64,000 bases of DNA from Selaginella moellendorffii (lineage: Eukaryota > Plantae > Lycopodiophyta). The notes under the pieces are model-generated. The model was not told the DNA's origin. It was given only the letters and a program-made list of their open reading frames with translations, and searched no databases. The position numbers and the translations under genes are program-made. The stretch spans positions 842,613 through 906,612 of the forward strand of contig NW_003314303.1 of the NCBI RefSeq assembly GCF_000143415.4. Direction: 5' to 3'. Shown here one piece after another: positions 36,194-53,369 of the stretch. Positions within the stretch are counted from its first letter, which is position 1. The number at the start of each line of letters is the position of its first letter.

Positions 36194-39131
36194 TCTTCTT
36201 CTTCTTCTTGTTCTTCTCTCATTCCTCGTTCTTTCTCCTTCACTGGATATGAACTCGATTTCTCCGAGCTTGACGATCGATGCTCGAGATCATCCTTTGC
36301 TTGCCTACCCGGATTGAAAAACACGGAGATTCGAGTTAGTTGGATGTGGAACTAGGTGAGAACCTACCAGTAGCACTGGATTCCAGTTTTGCTCCAAAAA
36401 ATCCTTGATGGCAGGCCTCTCGGGTTGAAGTGGAGCAAGCTTGCGAGTTGCGAACGGGGATTGTTTTATTTTCCCTTGAATAACGAAAAAACGATTCCTG
36501 CGCGTAAACAACATAAGCGTGCTTATTGACACAAGAGTTGGCACAGGGAGCCTGCACTCGCAAATCTTGGCACACTTTTCTTACCGCGTTTTCCATGGAG
36601 CTTTCTGAGCCGAGCGCACTGTTTATAAATAATATTAAAAAGTCTATTCAATTCAAGAAAAATCTTGATGAAATTCAAAGCGAGCCTGAATAAATTCTCT
36701 GAGCTTGTACTTGGCCGCGAAATTCTCGCCTATCAAAAATCGATAAGCCAATGAAGGGAATAAACAAAACTAGTTTACAATCCGTGCTCCATATTTTGGT
36801 CCTGGATATACTGCTTTTACTGGATCAAATCGTGGAGATGGCCATGGTATTAATGTTTGTAGAGGGGGTCGAACCCAGCGACCTGGCGTTTGTGACCTTG
36901 CAATGACGAGAGCTGCAAAGGTACCGGATTCTTCATTTCCTTCGTTAGTACCTGGAGTGGGAAGAGAAGTGCCGGATAATTTAACAACATCGTCATCCAT
37001 AATCGTTCCTCCTTGAGGCATCCTATAAGGGTAAGAACGGGGATTTGCCTGAAAAACCTGTAGTACTTCATTCTCCAAGGATTGAAAATCTTTGCCGTCG
37101 CCTCGAGATCTCTAGCGAGCGTCAGTAGCACCAGATAAAGCAAAAACAAAATTGCCAGAAAGACCACCAGCAACAAACCCGAGTGAAAGTAACATGCCCA
37201 TTACCAATTAGAGCACCTCTAGAATTTTTAGTGTCACCATAGGTGCAGTGAGTTACTACTTGCCAGGTTGTTTACATGATTATTACTCAATCAGTTATGA
37301 GCTTGTATATGAGTTTCATGAAGAAAAACAATGCAATCCGAGCTCCTTTGCCAAACTTTTGCAAGAGAAACACTGACACGATCGCCAAGAATTTCATCAG
37401 CGCCACCAACAACACGAAGAACGCCTTCAAAATTTTCAAGATGGCATTCATTTTCCTGAAAATCCTTTAGGGTGAGAAAGTTTATATAGCAGAGAACTAC
37501 CTTTTCGCCACCTTTTTCCATTAAAAAAATATACAGGCTTTTAAAATGATTCCTTTTGTGGTTTTGGCTGTTTCTTAAGCGGCTGTATCCGGGTGTGCCG
37601 CCCCAATGGACAAGCCCGATCTCTAGTTTCTTGTGCTTGCTCTTGTTTGTTACCTTGAATCCCTTGCAGCATGGGACACAGATGCATCCCCAACGGTTGC
37701 CATCGAGGAGAAGATGTATGTGGCTGCAAGGACCGATACTTGAATGATGTGCTGGTGAGTAAAGTAGCTCTTTCTCAAGTTCCTAGTAACTTTCTCGTGG
37801 AGGTTTAGTGCACCGGACATTGCGTGGTAAGTTGAGGCTCTCCAAGTTGTTATAGCAGGCTTTGCTTGAACAAGGTCGACGAGCTTCACAAATAGCAGGA
37901 CTAAGAACGCTCTTAGTTGTCGTTGGCATTCCAGATGCATGGTACTATGAAGCTTTCCTCCTTTTCAAGTCGCGTTTGTGCAGTCTACGAATTTGACACG
38001 AAACAATGTGCTCAACGACAGGAAACATTCCAGTAAGCAAGCATTCTAGATGTTCGTTAAAATCCAGACCGGCATACACCCATATTTTGCTCCCGATCAA
38101 GGTGGCAAAAAATACCCAATTAATTCTGTCACATTAGATAGCTGTTAAATGCCTCACCATTCCTGTCATCAGTTGTGGGCCCAAGCACAAATTGAAGATC
38201 GTGAAATGACCTACAATGTAGTATCATTCATCGTCAGACGTGTCTTATGACACTTGCAGATTGTTAGCTTGTCCTCGCTTGGGTGAAGATCAAGCTCATC
38301 AGAGGGGAAGGGACCGCAAAAGGAAATAAAGAGCCAAGCTTTAGTAGGGTGGAATGGGACATGATGAAATGCATATCAAGATATCAATTACAACTGCTGA
38401 AGAGTTCATGATGTCTAGAGGGCTCTTGTGATGGTTGGGAGTGAATATCAGGTTCTATACCATCCAAGCCATAGATCGTGATTATTGTCTGGGAACTATA
38501 CCACATAATTTGATGACTTTTATGGTTAGGTTTGTAAGTTTGCAGAAGGCTTTCATCACTGTCTATCAATCCTCTGCTCACGAAATTTGAACTCAAGAAG
38601 CATATTAAAGAAAAGAAAAAGAAAAAATGGATTATTCTTTATAGATTGCAATCAATAATTTTCTGAATCTCATTATAGACAGTGATGATAAAATATATTA
38701 TAGCATATATAGAAAAATGGTAAACTAAGTGGCAATTGAAATGGTGTAGGACTTAACTTTAGTGGGTATCATTAATGAAAAATTACAACTAAATTATAAG
38801 CATGAAAAATATGAGCCTAAATAAGAGAATATTATCTAAATTAGTCAACTAAATAATATATTTGCAATAACTTAAAGTCAAATTGTGTTGGCTTTGCAAC
38901 GCATTTTTTGTAGGCTTTAGTTTTGTGACACTAGTGTGGCTACAAAAGAACTTACGGTCAAACGACTCCAGCCGCGACTGAGAATCCATACGAGGGCTAT
39001 GATCTTCAAGATCTCTCTTCTGTCCTGTCTGAAATGCTGGAGGACAAGATGAGGTATTTCCTTGTTGGTCCGATTGATATTTTTTACCTTCCCTTGTTTG
39101 CCTTCAGGGTACCATTGTGGAAGAAACGATT

Positions 39132-42100
39132 CCACGGCTCTTCAAGGGACACCAAGGTTTGTGGTGATTGTGCTCACTTGTGGTTTAAGTGTAGATGATT
39201 TGCACTGCAGATATATGATAGGTGCGAGTTTCCTTTGATGCTGGACTTGGACAGAGAACGTGGAAAGTGTCTGTCTCCTAATGCGGATAAAAGCGTACGC
39301 AATCTCTACGTTTTACACAGGTATGGGATTTAGATGATGAGCAAAGGTCTGTCTTGGGAATCGTGGTGGTGCCAGTAGACGAGCTCGGAACATTCCTCGA
39401 GATCTCGGCAGGAAAGGAATCGAAAGTTTTGCCGCCACCCGACGTTCTTCTTCACAAGCGCTACAAAACGTTTGTTGCTTTTGTTGGCTTCTTGATAGAA
39501 CCCGTTTGCATAGTCTTGTGTTTCACAGCGGAGAAGCTATGCCTGGGGCAGCATCTCCTTGCGCGAGATCATGTTGAAATGGTGGAGTAAGTGAAAGCAT
39601 TGGCCTAAGATAACGGAGGGCATTATATACGGCCCGCTCTTTCTGTGGTGTTTTGTTTTCTTAAGAATAAAGTGGAACGGTGGCTTGGCCAATGTCGAAA
39701 GTAGTATGAAGAAGAAGAAGAAGACGAAGAGGAAGAAGACGCAAAAGCAGAAGACGAAGGAGAAGAAGCAGAAGTTAAAGAGTGGAAAGAAGAGAAAGGT
39801 AAGAACTGCTTCTTAAGACTTAACCCGCGTTTCCATTTCTGCAGACACCACAAACCATGCCGAGATCCAACAGTAACGCCGCATGCGTATATGTCAGGAA
39901 GAGCTATAAAAGTAAGGTTTTTTACTTATAAAAGTAAGGTTTTATAAAAGTATAACGAGCTATAAAAGTAAGGTTTTATAAAAGTAAAGTTTTTTACTTA
40001 TAAAAGTAAGGTTTTATAAGGTTTTTTTTATAAAAGTAAGGTTTTTTAAAAGTAAGAATCTCATGGAGATCTTTAAATTAATCTTGGATGTATAACACAA
40101 TAATTCCACATGTGCCATGGCATATAAGGAAATACAGTTTTAACAAACTCTATTATAAGAAATAAATTTTTATTCTAAATTTTATAAATATAAATTTTTA
40201 ATACCATAAAAATACCATATACTATTATTAACATAATAAGATTTTGATAGCTATTAGATTTATTTCAATCTAGGCCTCTCACTCCTATATATAAGCTAAA
40301 GTTTTTATACTAATTGAATATGCACATTTTTGTATTCCATCAAATCCCATTGTGAATAGTGATGGAAAACTATACTCTAGCAAATATAGAAAGATAGTAT
40401 ATACGTGACAATAAAAAAAATTAAGATCTATATTATTTACACTTTCCAATTTGTGGTATGTTTTTCAAGAACAGATAAAGAATATGCTTTCTTTTGAGCA
40501 ATGTGGGTAAATTACTCGTAAATCAAGGGGACTGAATTCTATGAAGAGGAGACAAGTTTTAGTCACTTGGTGTTTCAGACCTTTATTGGCAACCATCCAG
40601 GTCAAAGCAACATAGCTACAATGATGTTGTTCAAGGAGTGGCAGAGGAGTTGGAACTGGATGATCCCTCGCAGGTCCGGTTGACAGTACTTGACGAACAG
40701 TAGAGCACATATCAAAACATCGCCTTCGTTACTCTTGTGCTACAGGTTCTTTACTTTAGACATTGGCTTCGCCTACCTCGCTCATGGAAAAAGCATTAAA
40801 CATATCTCTCTATGATGCTAGAATCGTCAAACTAAGCGCCTGACACATTTGTCTTGTGATTTTGTGACCAACCACTTCGTTTCTCAGGTCACCGCTCACA
40901 ACGTACCTGTGAGTGAGAACAGCACAGCCGTGGAGCTTCTCGGTGAACTTAAGAAGAAACTTGGTGATCTCTGTAAACCAGATGCAGAGCTTCGACTCTT
41001 GCAAGTTTCCTCCCACAAGGTTCTCAAGGTCGGTTATAAACGTTTCTGTCTTGGTAAGCTCTCATTTTTATTTTATTTTTTCAGATTTCTAATGCGGATG
41101 AGAGGATCAACAACCAGAAGTGCTGCACTTTTCGAGCTGAGGAGGTAATCAAAGAGATGAAGAAAGCTGCTTAACATCATATTTTTGCTGTTGAAAGATT
41201 CCGGATGAAGACAAAAATCTGGGTGATAAGAATCAATTGATTTGTGTTTCACATTGTACACATCAGAACTTTATAATATCAGTTTCTGAAAGCTTCACAA
41301 GTGGTCTTCTGTCAGGTTGAAAACTTCGGAGAGCCTTTTCTCTTCTCTGTGCGTGAGAATGAGAATTTATAAGAGCTCATTCGATCCAAACTACAAGTAC
41401 CTGATGTTGAGTTTCCCGAGGTGATCGTGCTTACTGTACATGATGATATCATTTTCTTACAGTGGAAATTCGTTTACATGTCCATGGGACGACCATTTTA
41501 CCTTCGCAACCTCGACATTATTGCCAGCCGCTTTGAGGTGCCCACGGCTCAGGGACACTATGTGAACTGCATTGAATGCACTGATGTTAACCACAAGATT
41601 ACTCGGCAGGAATCGTTCTATGGTATGTTGTTCGGTGGTTTTTAAAGGTTTTTAACAGAATAGTGTGTGCTTCAGACTTGCAACTGGAAGTCAAGGGCTG
41701 CAAGGACGTGTATGCGTCTTTTGACAAGTTTGTCGGCGTGGTGAACGATAAGTATCACGCACGGTCGTATGGTATGCAGGTGAGCTGTGGATTCATCTCA
41801 AGGTCACACTATTATGCCAGAATGCGAAGAAAGAAATTTACTTCCTAGACTTTCCACCTGATCTCCAGCTGCAGCTTAAGCGATTTGAGTATGACTCTAC
41901 CCGTGGCAACGTGATCAAGGTTTATGGTGATTGTGCACTTGTGGTTTAAGTGTAAATGATTTGCACTGCAGATATACAATAGGTTTCCTTTGATGCTGGA
42001 CTTGGACAGAGAACGTGGAAAGTATCTGTCTCCTAATGCGGATAAAAGCGTATGCAATCTCTACGTTTTATACAGGTATGGGATTTCGAAGAGAGCAGAT

Positions 42101-42693
42101 GATGAGCAAAGGCCTGTCTTGGGAATCGTGGTGGTGCCAGTAGACGAGCTCGGAACATTCGTCGAGCTCTCAGCAGGAAAGGAATCAAAAGTTTTGCCGC
42201 CACCCGACGTTCTTCTTCACAAGCGCTACAAAACGTTTGTTGCTTTTGTTGGCTGCTTGATAGAACCCGTTTGCATAGTCTTGTGTTTCACAGCGGAGAA
42301 GCTATGCCTGGGGCAGCATCTCCTTGCGCGAGATCATGTTGAAAATGGTGGAGTAAGTGAAAGCATCGGCCTAAGCTACGGCCCGCTCTTTCTGTGGTGT
42401 TTTGTTTTCTTAAGAATAAAGTGGAACGGTGGCTTGTGACGAAGGCCAATGTCGAAACTAGTATGAAGAAGGAGATGAAGGAGAAGAAGACGACGACGAA
42501 GAGGACGATGAAGCAAAAGCAGAAGATGAAGAAAAGTAGCAGAAGTTAAAGAATGGAAAGAAGAGAAAGGTAAGAACTGCTTCTTAAGACTTAAACACGT
42601 TTCCATTTCTGCAGACACCACAAACCATGCCGAGATCCAACAGTAACGCCACATGCGTATATGTCAGGAAGAGCTATAAAAGTAAGGTTTTTT
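39132..42693 (+). repeat. Direct duplication: 39132-39923 and 41542-42693
   Basis: Near-identical exon and intron sequence; the first copy lacks the 357 bp present at 41559-41915. Confidence 0.92.
39905..40056 (+). repeat. Irregular array of about 8 TATAAAAGTAAGGTTTT units
   Basis: Unit derives from the coding sequence immediately to its left; single copy in the duplicate at 42675-42693. Confidence 0.9.
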
Positions 42694-43549
42694 GTAATGT
42701 AGACGCTGAAGAAATCGCCAAGGATTTGCAGATTGATATTTGTTTTCATCCCCTAGATTCATCCTTCCATAGGTGCAATGTGGAGCGAGCTCGAATGGCA
42801 AACACAAAACTATGTGTTGCACTAAAACAACAAAATCTGCAACACGTGAAACAGAAAAGATCCAATTTCGAGCAGCAATGTATTTGTGATTACACATTAT
42901 GCATGCCATAATTATAATATCATGGAATGGAAGTTATCACCAAATGTGGAAGGTTAATTGGGACAATTATTAATTTCACAGGACAAAGGGAAGATTAATT
43001 TTTTCTGACAAATCTTATGAGTTATACAAATCTTATGACAAATTTATGTTTGCCTGGATCTCTTTTTATGTTGCGTTGGTTGCCTCCCTAACTCTGTTGG
43101 GGCGTCTATTTCTTGCTAGCTTTGATGAAGAATGACAATAATATAACCTCTCCCCAGGAAGCGATTGATCTTTTTCCTGCAAAAAACGCTTCAGTTTCAA
43201 ATGCGGAGATCAGCTCGATACTCGCCACCGGATCGCCTTTCCCACCGGATCCCCACCTTTCCCACGTAACAAACGCGAGTGAGATTATCTATTTGTTCAA
43301 AACATGAGCTCAATACAAGATGTACATAACCCCCATCCCAAAAACAATTAACCAAGGAAAAAAGAAAACGAAAAAAATATAGAGCGAAAGAGAAGAGAGC
43401 CCACAGAAAGGTGTGGAAGCGCAACTTTGCTTTGCTTTGGAAGTTAAATCCCACTGTGCCCTTGACCCCGGCATTCCATTTGCCTTCCTCTTTTTTTTTT
43501 AAGTTCCTTTTCTTCCCACGTCAAAAATGTGTGCTCCACCCAAACTATC

Positions 43550-48442
<4,893 letters not shown>

Positions 48443-48460
48443 CGCTCCAGCCGAATTCGC

Positions 48461-48800
48461 AAACCCTATCTCCGATTCGCGAGCGCAACACGATTGACAC
48501 TGCCGCCCGCTCCCCCCAAACCCTAATTTCCTGGGACCAGGTCAAAATATTTTGCTCGATCGATGGATCGAGGGAGCGGCGATGGCGCGAAGAATCAATC
48601 CAGTGAGCATGCACTGAGGGATCAGCCCTGCCGCACCGTTTGCTAGCCTAGCCGCAAGCCTCCCCCCCCCCAAACACAAACACCCCACACCAAAATAAAA
48701 AAAAATTGGTGTATAGTGGCTTTGTGTGCTTATGTGTCATCGCTGTGTCACATGACGTGTCTGACACGTGTCCTTTGGCGTGTCACTGAAGAGCCCTAAT
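48461..48800. promoter_or_regulatory. Divergent UBP12/PPR promoter with telo-boxes and ACGT elements
   Basis: AAACCCTA at 48461 and 48518; ACGTGTC 48755-48761 and CACGTG 48765-48770. Confidence 0.4.
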
Positions 48801-48831
48801 CCGGCTCTTTCGCGCCATCTCGGCGATTTGA

Positions 48832-50772
48832 ATGAACGAGTGTGTCGATCTTGCCAGATCTTGCCGGTGTCTATCCCGCGCGCGGCAGATCCATCGCGAA
48901 ATCTCTGCGCTTCAGGGTCCTCCTCTTCCGATCTTCCTCTCCAATCTCTTGATCCGGATGTATGGCAACTGTGGCAGCGCGGAGGATGCGCGGAGGGTTT
49001 TCGATTCGATCCAGGCCAAGGATGTGTTCTCCTGGAATCTCCTCCTCTCGGCCTACATCCAGAGCGGGCAGATCAAATCAGCCAAGGATTTGTTTGATTC
49101 TATGCCCGAGAGGGATGCCGTGTCCTGGAACACGATGCTTGCGGCGTTTGCCCAGAGCCGCCAGCTCCACTACGCTCAAGATCTCTTCGCAAGAATGCCG
49201 CTATGGAGCTTGATCTCCTGGAACTCGATGCTCTCGGCGTACTCTCGCAGCGTGGATGCGATCCAGAAGCTCCAAGATCTCTTCGATTCCATGCCGGTCA
49301 CAAATCTCGTCTCCTGGAGCGTGCTCTTGGCGGCATACGCGCAGATTGGGGATTTCCAGCGCGCGCTCGCGATTCTGGAAAGAATGCCCGACTGGAATCT
49401 CGTTGCCTGGAATTCGCTGCTGGATGCTCATGCCCGGCGAGGAGATCTGGATCGGGTGAAGCAGCTCTTCGATTCGATGCCCGATCGAGACATCCTCTCC
49501 TGGACCGCGCTCCTCACTTGCTACGCTCGATCCGGGAGATTATCCGATGCTTCCCTCCTCCTCGCCGCCATGCCCGCGTGGGATCTCGTCTCCTGGAACG
49601 TGATGCTCGCCGCGGAGGCCGAGAGTGGGAACATCCACAGCGCCAAGAATTTCTTCGATCGAATGCCGGAGCGGAGCTTCGCGTCCTGGAATCTGATGAT
49701 CACCGCCTACTCGCACGACGGCCAGGTGAAATCCGCCAAGAGCCTCTTCGATCAAACCCCAGCCAAGAACCTCCTCCTCTACAACGCGATGCTCACAGCC
49801 TACGCCCAAAACGGGTGCCACGCCCTCGCGATCGAGCTCTTCGCCTCGATGCCGTGCAGAGATCTCGTCTCCTACAATGCAACGCTCTCCGCGCTCGCGA
49901 AATCTAGCCCTATCGATCAAACCAAAGATTTCTTCGACCTAATTCCCGAGAAGAACATCGTTGCATGGAATGCGATGCTCACAACATATGCCGAGAATGG
50001 GCATCTGGAAATGGCGATTTCCATGTTCGATTCGATGAGCCATCATGACATCGTGTCCTACACTGCCATGGTCACTGCGTATGGATCGAGCGGCCAGATA
50101 GAACACGCAAGAACGGTGTTTGATTCGTCACCCCAGAAAGACGTTGTTTTATCAACTGCCATGCTCGCAGCATATGCCCATTTAGGGTTCTTGGCAGAGG
50201 CTAGCACAATTTTCCAATCTTTGCGAGAATGCAGCATGATCACGTGGAATTCTATGCTAGCTGCGCACGAATTGAGCAGCACAATCGAGAAATCCCAGTG
50301 GATTTTCGATTTGATGCCGGTAAGAGATACAGTGTCTTGGATTTTGATGCTCAGCGCATATGCCCGCCTTGGGCATCTGGAGAGAGCGATTTCCTTCTTC
50401 GCGACAATGCCAATGCCACACGCAGTCCCAGATCGCGTCGTGCCCTGGAACACGATGCTCGCGGCGCACGGAACCAGCGGCCAGGACGCCGAGAATCTCC
50501 TGTGGGCCGCGAATTTGCAAGGCGTGGCCCCGGATGCCGTCTCCTTCGTCTCGATTTTGGGGGCGTTTGGCCACACCGGCGACGTGGATTCCGGCTGGAG
50601 CTACTTCGTGTCGATGCGCAGCGATTACTCGATCCAGCCGGAGAAGCTCCACTTTGGGTGCATGGTGGCCATCCTGGCTCGAGCCGGGAACTTCGATTTC
50701 GCCCGGGATCTCCTCGACAACATGCCATTCGTTCCAGGGATCGAGCAATTGAGCTGCCTGACACTGTTCTAG
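48832..50772 (+). CDS. PLS-class PPR protein dominated by about 31-aa short motifs, truncated in the E region (no DYW)
   Basis: 646-aa intronless ORF; repeated (D/N)xVSWNxMLxAYA..G....A..LFD.MP; terminal P2-L2-S2 (PDAVSFVSILGAFGHTG, HFGCMVAILARAG, MPFVP) then early stop. Confidence 0.92.
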   Translation: MNECVDLARSCRCLSRARQIHREISALQGPPLPIFLSNLLIRMYGNCGSAEDARRVFDSIQAKDVFSWNLLLSAYIQSGQIKSAKDLFDSMPERDAVSWNTMLAAFAQSRQLHYAQDLFARMPLWSLISWNSMLSAYSRSVDAIQKLQDLFDSMPVTNLVSWSVLLAAYAQIGDFQRALAILERMPDWNLVAWNSLLDAHARRGDLDRVKQLFDSMPDRDILSWTALLTCYARSGRLSDASLLLAAMPAWDLVSWNVMLAAEAESGNIHSAKNFFDRMPERSFASWNLMITAYSHDGQVKSAKSLFDQTPAKNLLLYNAMLTAYAQNGCHALAIELFASMPCRDLVSYNATLSALAKSSPIDQTKDFFDLIPEKNIVAWNAMLTTYAENGHLEMAISMFDSMSHHDIVSYTAMVTAYGSSGQIEHARTVFDSSPQKDVVLSTAMLAAYAHLGFLAEASTIFQSLRECSMITWNSMLAAHELSSTIEKSQWIFDLMPVRDTVSWILMLSAYARLGHLERAISFFATMPMPHAVPDRVVPWNTMLAAHGTSGQDAENLLWAANLQGVAPDAVSFVSILGAFGHTGDVDSGWSYFVSMRSDYSIQPEKLHFGCMVAILARAGNFDFARDLLDNMPFVPGIEQLSCLTLF

Positions 50773-50991
50773 AGCCAAACAAATTAGATTTCGTCCAGGA
50801 ACTTCCAGAGATCGAGCAATTGAGCTATGACGCAATCGCCCATCTCGAGATCTAGACTAGACAATTGGAAGAAACAAAGATCTTCCTCCACGTGCCATAT
50901 ATCATGTGTCGAAGGGCACCAAATTATAAAACTATATACGTGATCCTATCAAGCATCCCTCAAGCTCCCATATATAATATCTATGGTCCTT

Positions 50992-51483
50992 TCAAAGGGC
51001 TGTCTCTTCGCTCTTCGGAGCACTGGCCGCCTCGACTGTCTCCTGGACAGCATCCACAGCCTTGTCTTGGACGCTGCTTTTCCCCTTGAGATCCTCGGCC
51101 GCGGCCTTGAGCTCTCCCGCCGCGGCCTCTTTCTTCTCTGGAGCAACGTCGGCCTCGGCCTTCTTCACGTAGTTCCTCGGCGTGCCGGGGTGGTCAATGT
51201 CCACGACACCGTCGGGGAGCTTGGCAGTGTCCATACCCCCACCACCACCTTCCTTCTTAGCTCCTGCTCCTCCCATTTGCTGCTTCGCGGCGTCTGGAAG
51301 GACGTTGGCACTTCCCATAAGCTCCGAGTCGATTGGAACTTCGCCGCTGGTCTTCTTTGCCTCCTCCGTGCGGCTCTTCTTTGGCTCCTCCGTGCCTGAT
51401 CCATGGCCTGCTTCTTCCGTCTTTGGCTTCTCGCTCTCCTTGTCTCCGCTGGGAAAGGATCCTGCCTGCTTCTTGAAATCCAT
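50992..51483 (-). CDS. Small hydrophilic protein, nodulin-related protein 1 (NRP1)-like core with LEA-like tail
   Basis: 163 aa, K/E/A/G-rich; MDF start, SELMGSANVLPDAA, MDTAKL..GVVDI, YVKKAE recall NRP1 (ELMASAKVVAEAA, LDKAKVAGA.ADI, YLEKAE). Confidence 0.55.
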   Translation of the reverse strand: MDFKKQAGSFPSGDKESEKPKTEEAGHGSGTEEPKKSRTEEAKKTSGEVPIDSELMGSANVLPDAAKQQMGGAGAKKEGGGGGMDTAKLPDGVVDIDHPGTPRNYVKKAEADVAPEKKEAAAGELKAAAEDLKGKSSVQDKAVDAVQETVEAASAPKSEETAL

Positions 51484-52141
51484 GGAGGAAAAAAAAACCG
51501 AAATGTGAGTAGACAAAGAGAAGAACCGAGAAAGTCTAAACTGCGGATGGCACTTCTCCAGTGGATATTTTTATAGAGTCCGGGAAAACGAGTAAAGGGA
51601 CACGCCCAAACGGGATCACTATCCTCCTGTGAAGAAATATGGACGAGGTAAATGTGAGACAGAGAAAAAAAGATATATACAAAACTGCCCCACCGACAAG
51701 TGCCACCCATGCACCACCAAAGATTTTTATCACGCCGCTGCGGTTTGATTCGTCTCAGTGAGAGAACTATAGTACAAAGCTTTCGAGCCTTATTTCGTGC
51801 TGCTACCTTGTCTGCCAAAGAAAAGAACAGTTTAGCATAAAAGAAATGGAAAAACTTGTCATACCAGGTAATGAATTGTCTCGCTCCAGTTAAGAACTCT
51901 GTATCTGCAAAGAGAGAGAAGTCAACCAGGGAATCGTGAATCAAAAACATGTCCTTCAGCCACGCCAATTCCTCATACGACTGGTCCGTATTCTAGTTAC
52001 ACGAGCACTGCTCCAACCGGTTGCAAGACCGGGAGCAACGACGTGCAACGTCAACGGGCAGCGCAGTGAGATTACTAAATTATGCATCATAGGACCGAAC
52101 CACCAGAAGGAAAAAAAGTAAAGCGAACTTACATTGAGAGC

Positions 52142-53020
52142 TTAGAAGTTTAAGATGATCTTCTCTTGTGGAACCCCTTCGGCCGAGAGTAGATCAGTCA
52201 CATCCTGCAATAAAAATATCACAGTGAAGGTAGAGCAAAGGGAAACAAAAAATCTCTACCTTGACCATGCCCTTGTGGCCACAAAGAAAAGTAACAACTT
52301 GAGAGGAATCTGGAATACTTATGTTCTTCGAAAAGGCTGCATAACAGTGACCATAAAAATACCTGGACATATCCTGATTCGCCCATCCAGCTCCCATCAG
52401 TCTGCGAGAGTATGGGAATTATGCTCACGCCGTGTCCTATCGTAGAGATAAGTGAGAATCGACAACCGAAAAAGAAACAAAAGAAGAGTACCCGATATGC
52501 CATTCTGTCAAGACCCCCTCACATCGCTCCTAATTCCGGCCTCTGAAAGTGATCGAATCGAACTGTCCTGAAAAAAAAAAGAAACCATCCCAAAAGATAG
52601 CGAACTACAAGTAAGAAAAACGAGTGGAAAGAAGGAAACATCATGTCTACGTAAACTATCCCAAGAGATGAAAGAACGAGAGTGGAAAGAAGAAAAAAAA
52701 TGCCTACGTAAGAACAAAAAAAGAAACGAGTGGAAAGAAGAAAAAATCATGTCTACCATAGCAAGAACAAAGAAGGAAAAAAAAAAAAAAAGGAATGGAG
52801 ATGGAAGAAAAAAGAAGAAGAAATCACGTTACCTGATATCAGAGCCAGTCGCGAAGAACAGCAGAGTCTGGAACTTCTCTGGAGGGTAGAGCTGGTCGGT
52901 ATCGAAACCTTTGCCCACCACTTGGCTTAAATCCACCTTATCTCCCTTGGCCAGATCGCACAGCACAGCCGAGGTAGTGCCCTCCACGTCCTTGACAAGG
53001 AACTCCAAGAATCCCTTAAA
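52142..53020 (-). pseudogene. pKIWI502-like FAD/NAD(P)-binding oxidoreductase, 5'-truncated pseudogene
   Basis: LEFLVKDVEGTTSAVLCDL.KGDKVDLSQVVGKGF, LFFATGSDISSIRSL (G to D in ATGSGI), frameshift before LDRMAY, GESGYVQ, LCGHKGM, IILNF*. Confidence 0.8.
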
Positions 53021-53369
53021 TTCCCAAATTTTGGGAGGCCTTTAAACATGCCATTGTTGGGCTTTTGCAACACTTACGGATTCTCAAGCTTGGAGATCTT
53101 CTTTGGGCATAGAATCGAACACTTGTCTAAAGTAAAGAAGCATATCTTGTGCGCAGATATGTAATATGTGTCTTTCCTGACAATATTCTTTCATGAAATT
53201 AGAACGTTCTTCTAGCTTCCAAATGCCCAGCTTGGGCATTTTCATTAGCGCATGTTGACTTTGACATGGTTGACTTTGCATTGACTTACATTGAAAAAGT
53301 GGCTCTGGCTCCCAAGAGATTCTTTCTTCTTGCGATGCTCCACAGCGATGGCGTTTCGACCACCACCAC

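Larger units (their letters stand above)
38913..42800 (+). pseudogene. Divergent, rearranged UBP12/USP7 paralogue (inverted relative to the intact neighbour)
   Basis: Exon remnants DTSVATKELT, EFPLMLDLDRERGK.LSPNADKSVRNLY, KQHSYNDVV..LELDDPSQVRL, ENFGEPFLFSVRENE, LQLQLKRFEYD with stops, deletions and out-of-order exons; no Cys-box seen. Confidence 0.85.

Noticed and set aside
48768-50855. Many shadow ORFs over the PPR (also over invertase, ZIP4, CR4-like kinase and pol)
   Set aside because: Alternative-frame or antisense ORFs expected in GC3-rich coding DNA.
51165-51968. 267-aa minus-strand ORF
   Set aside because: Off-frame overlap with the NRP1-like gene and runs through its promoter; composition is not protein-like.
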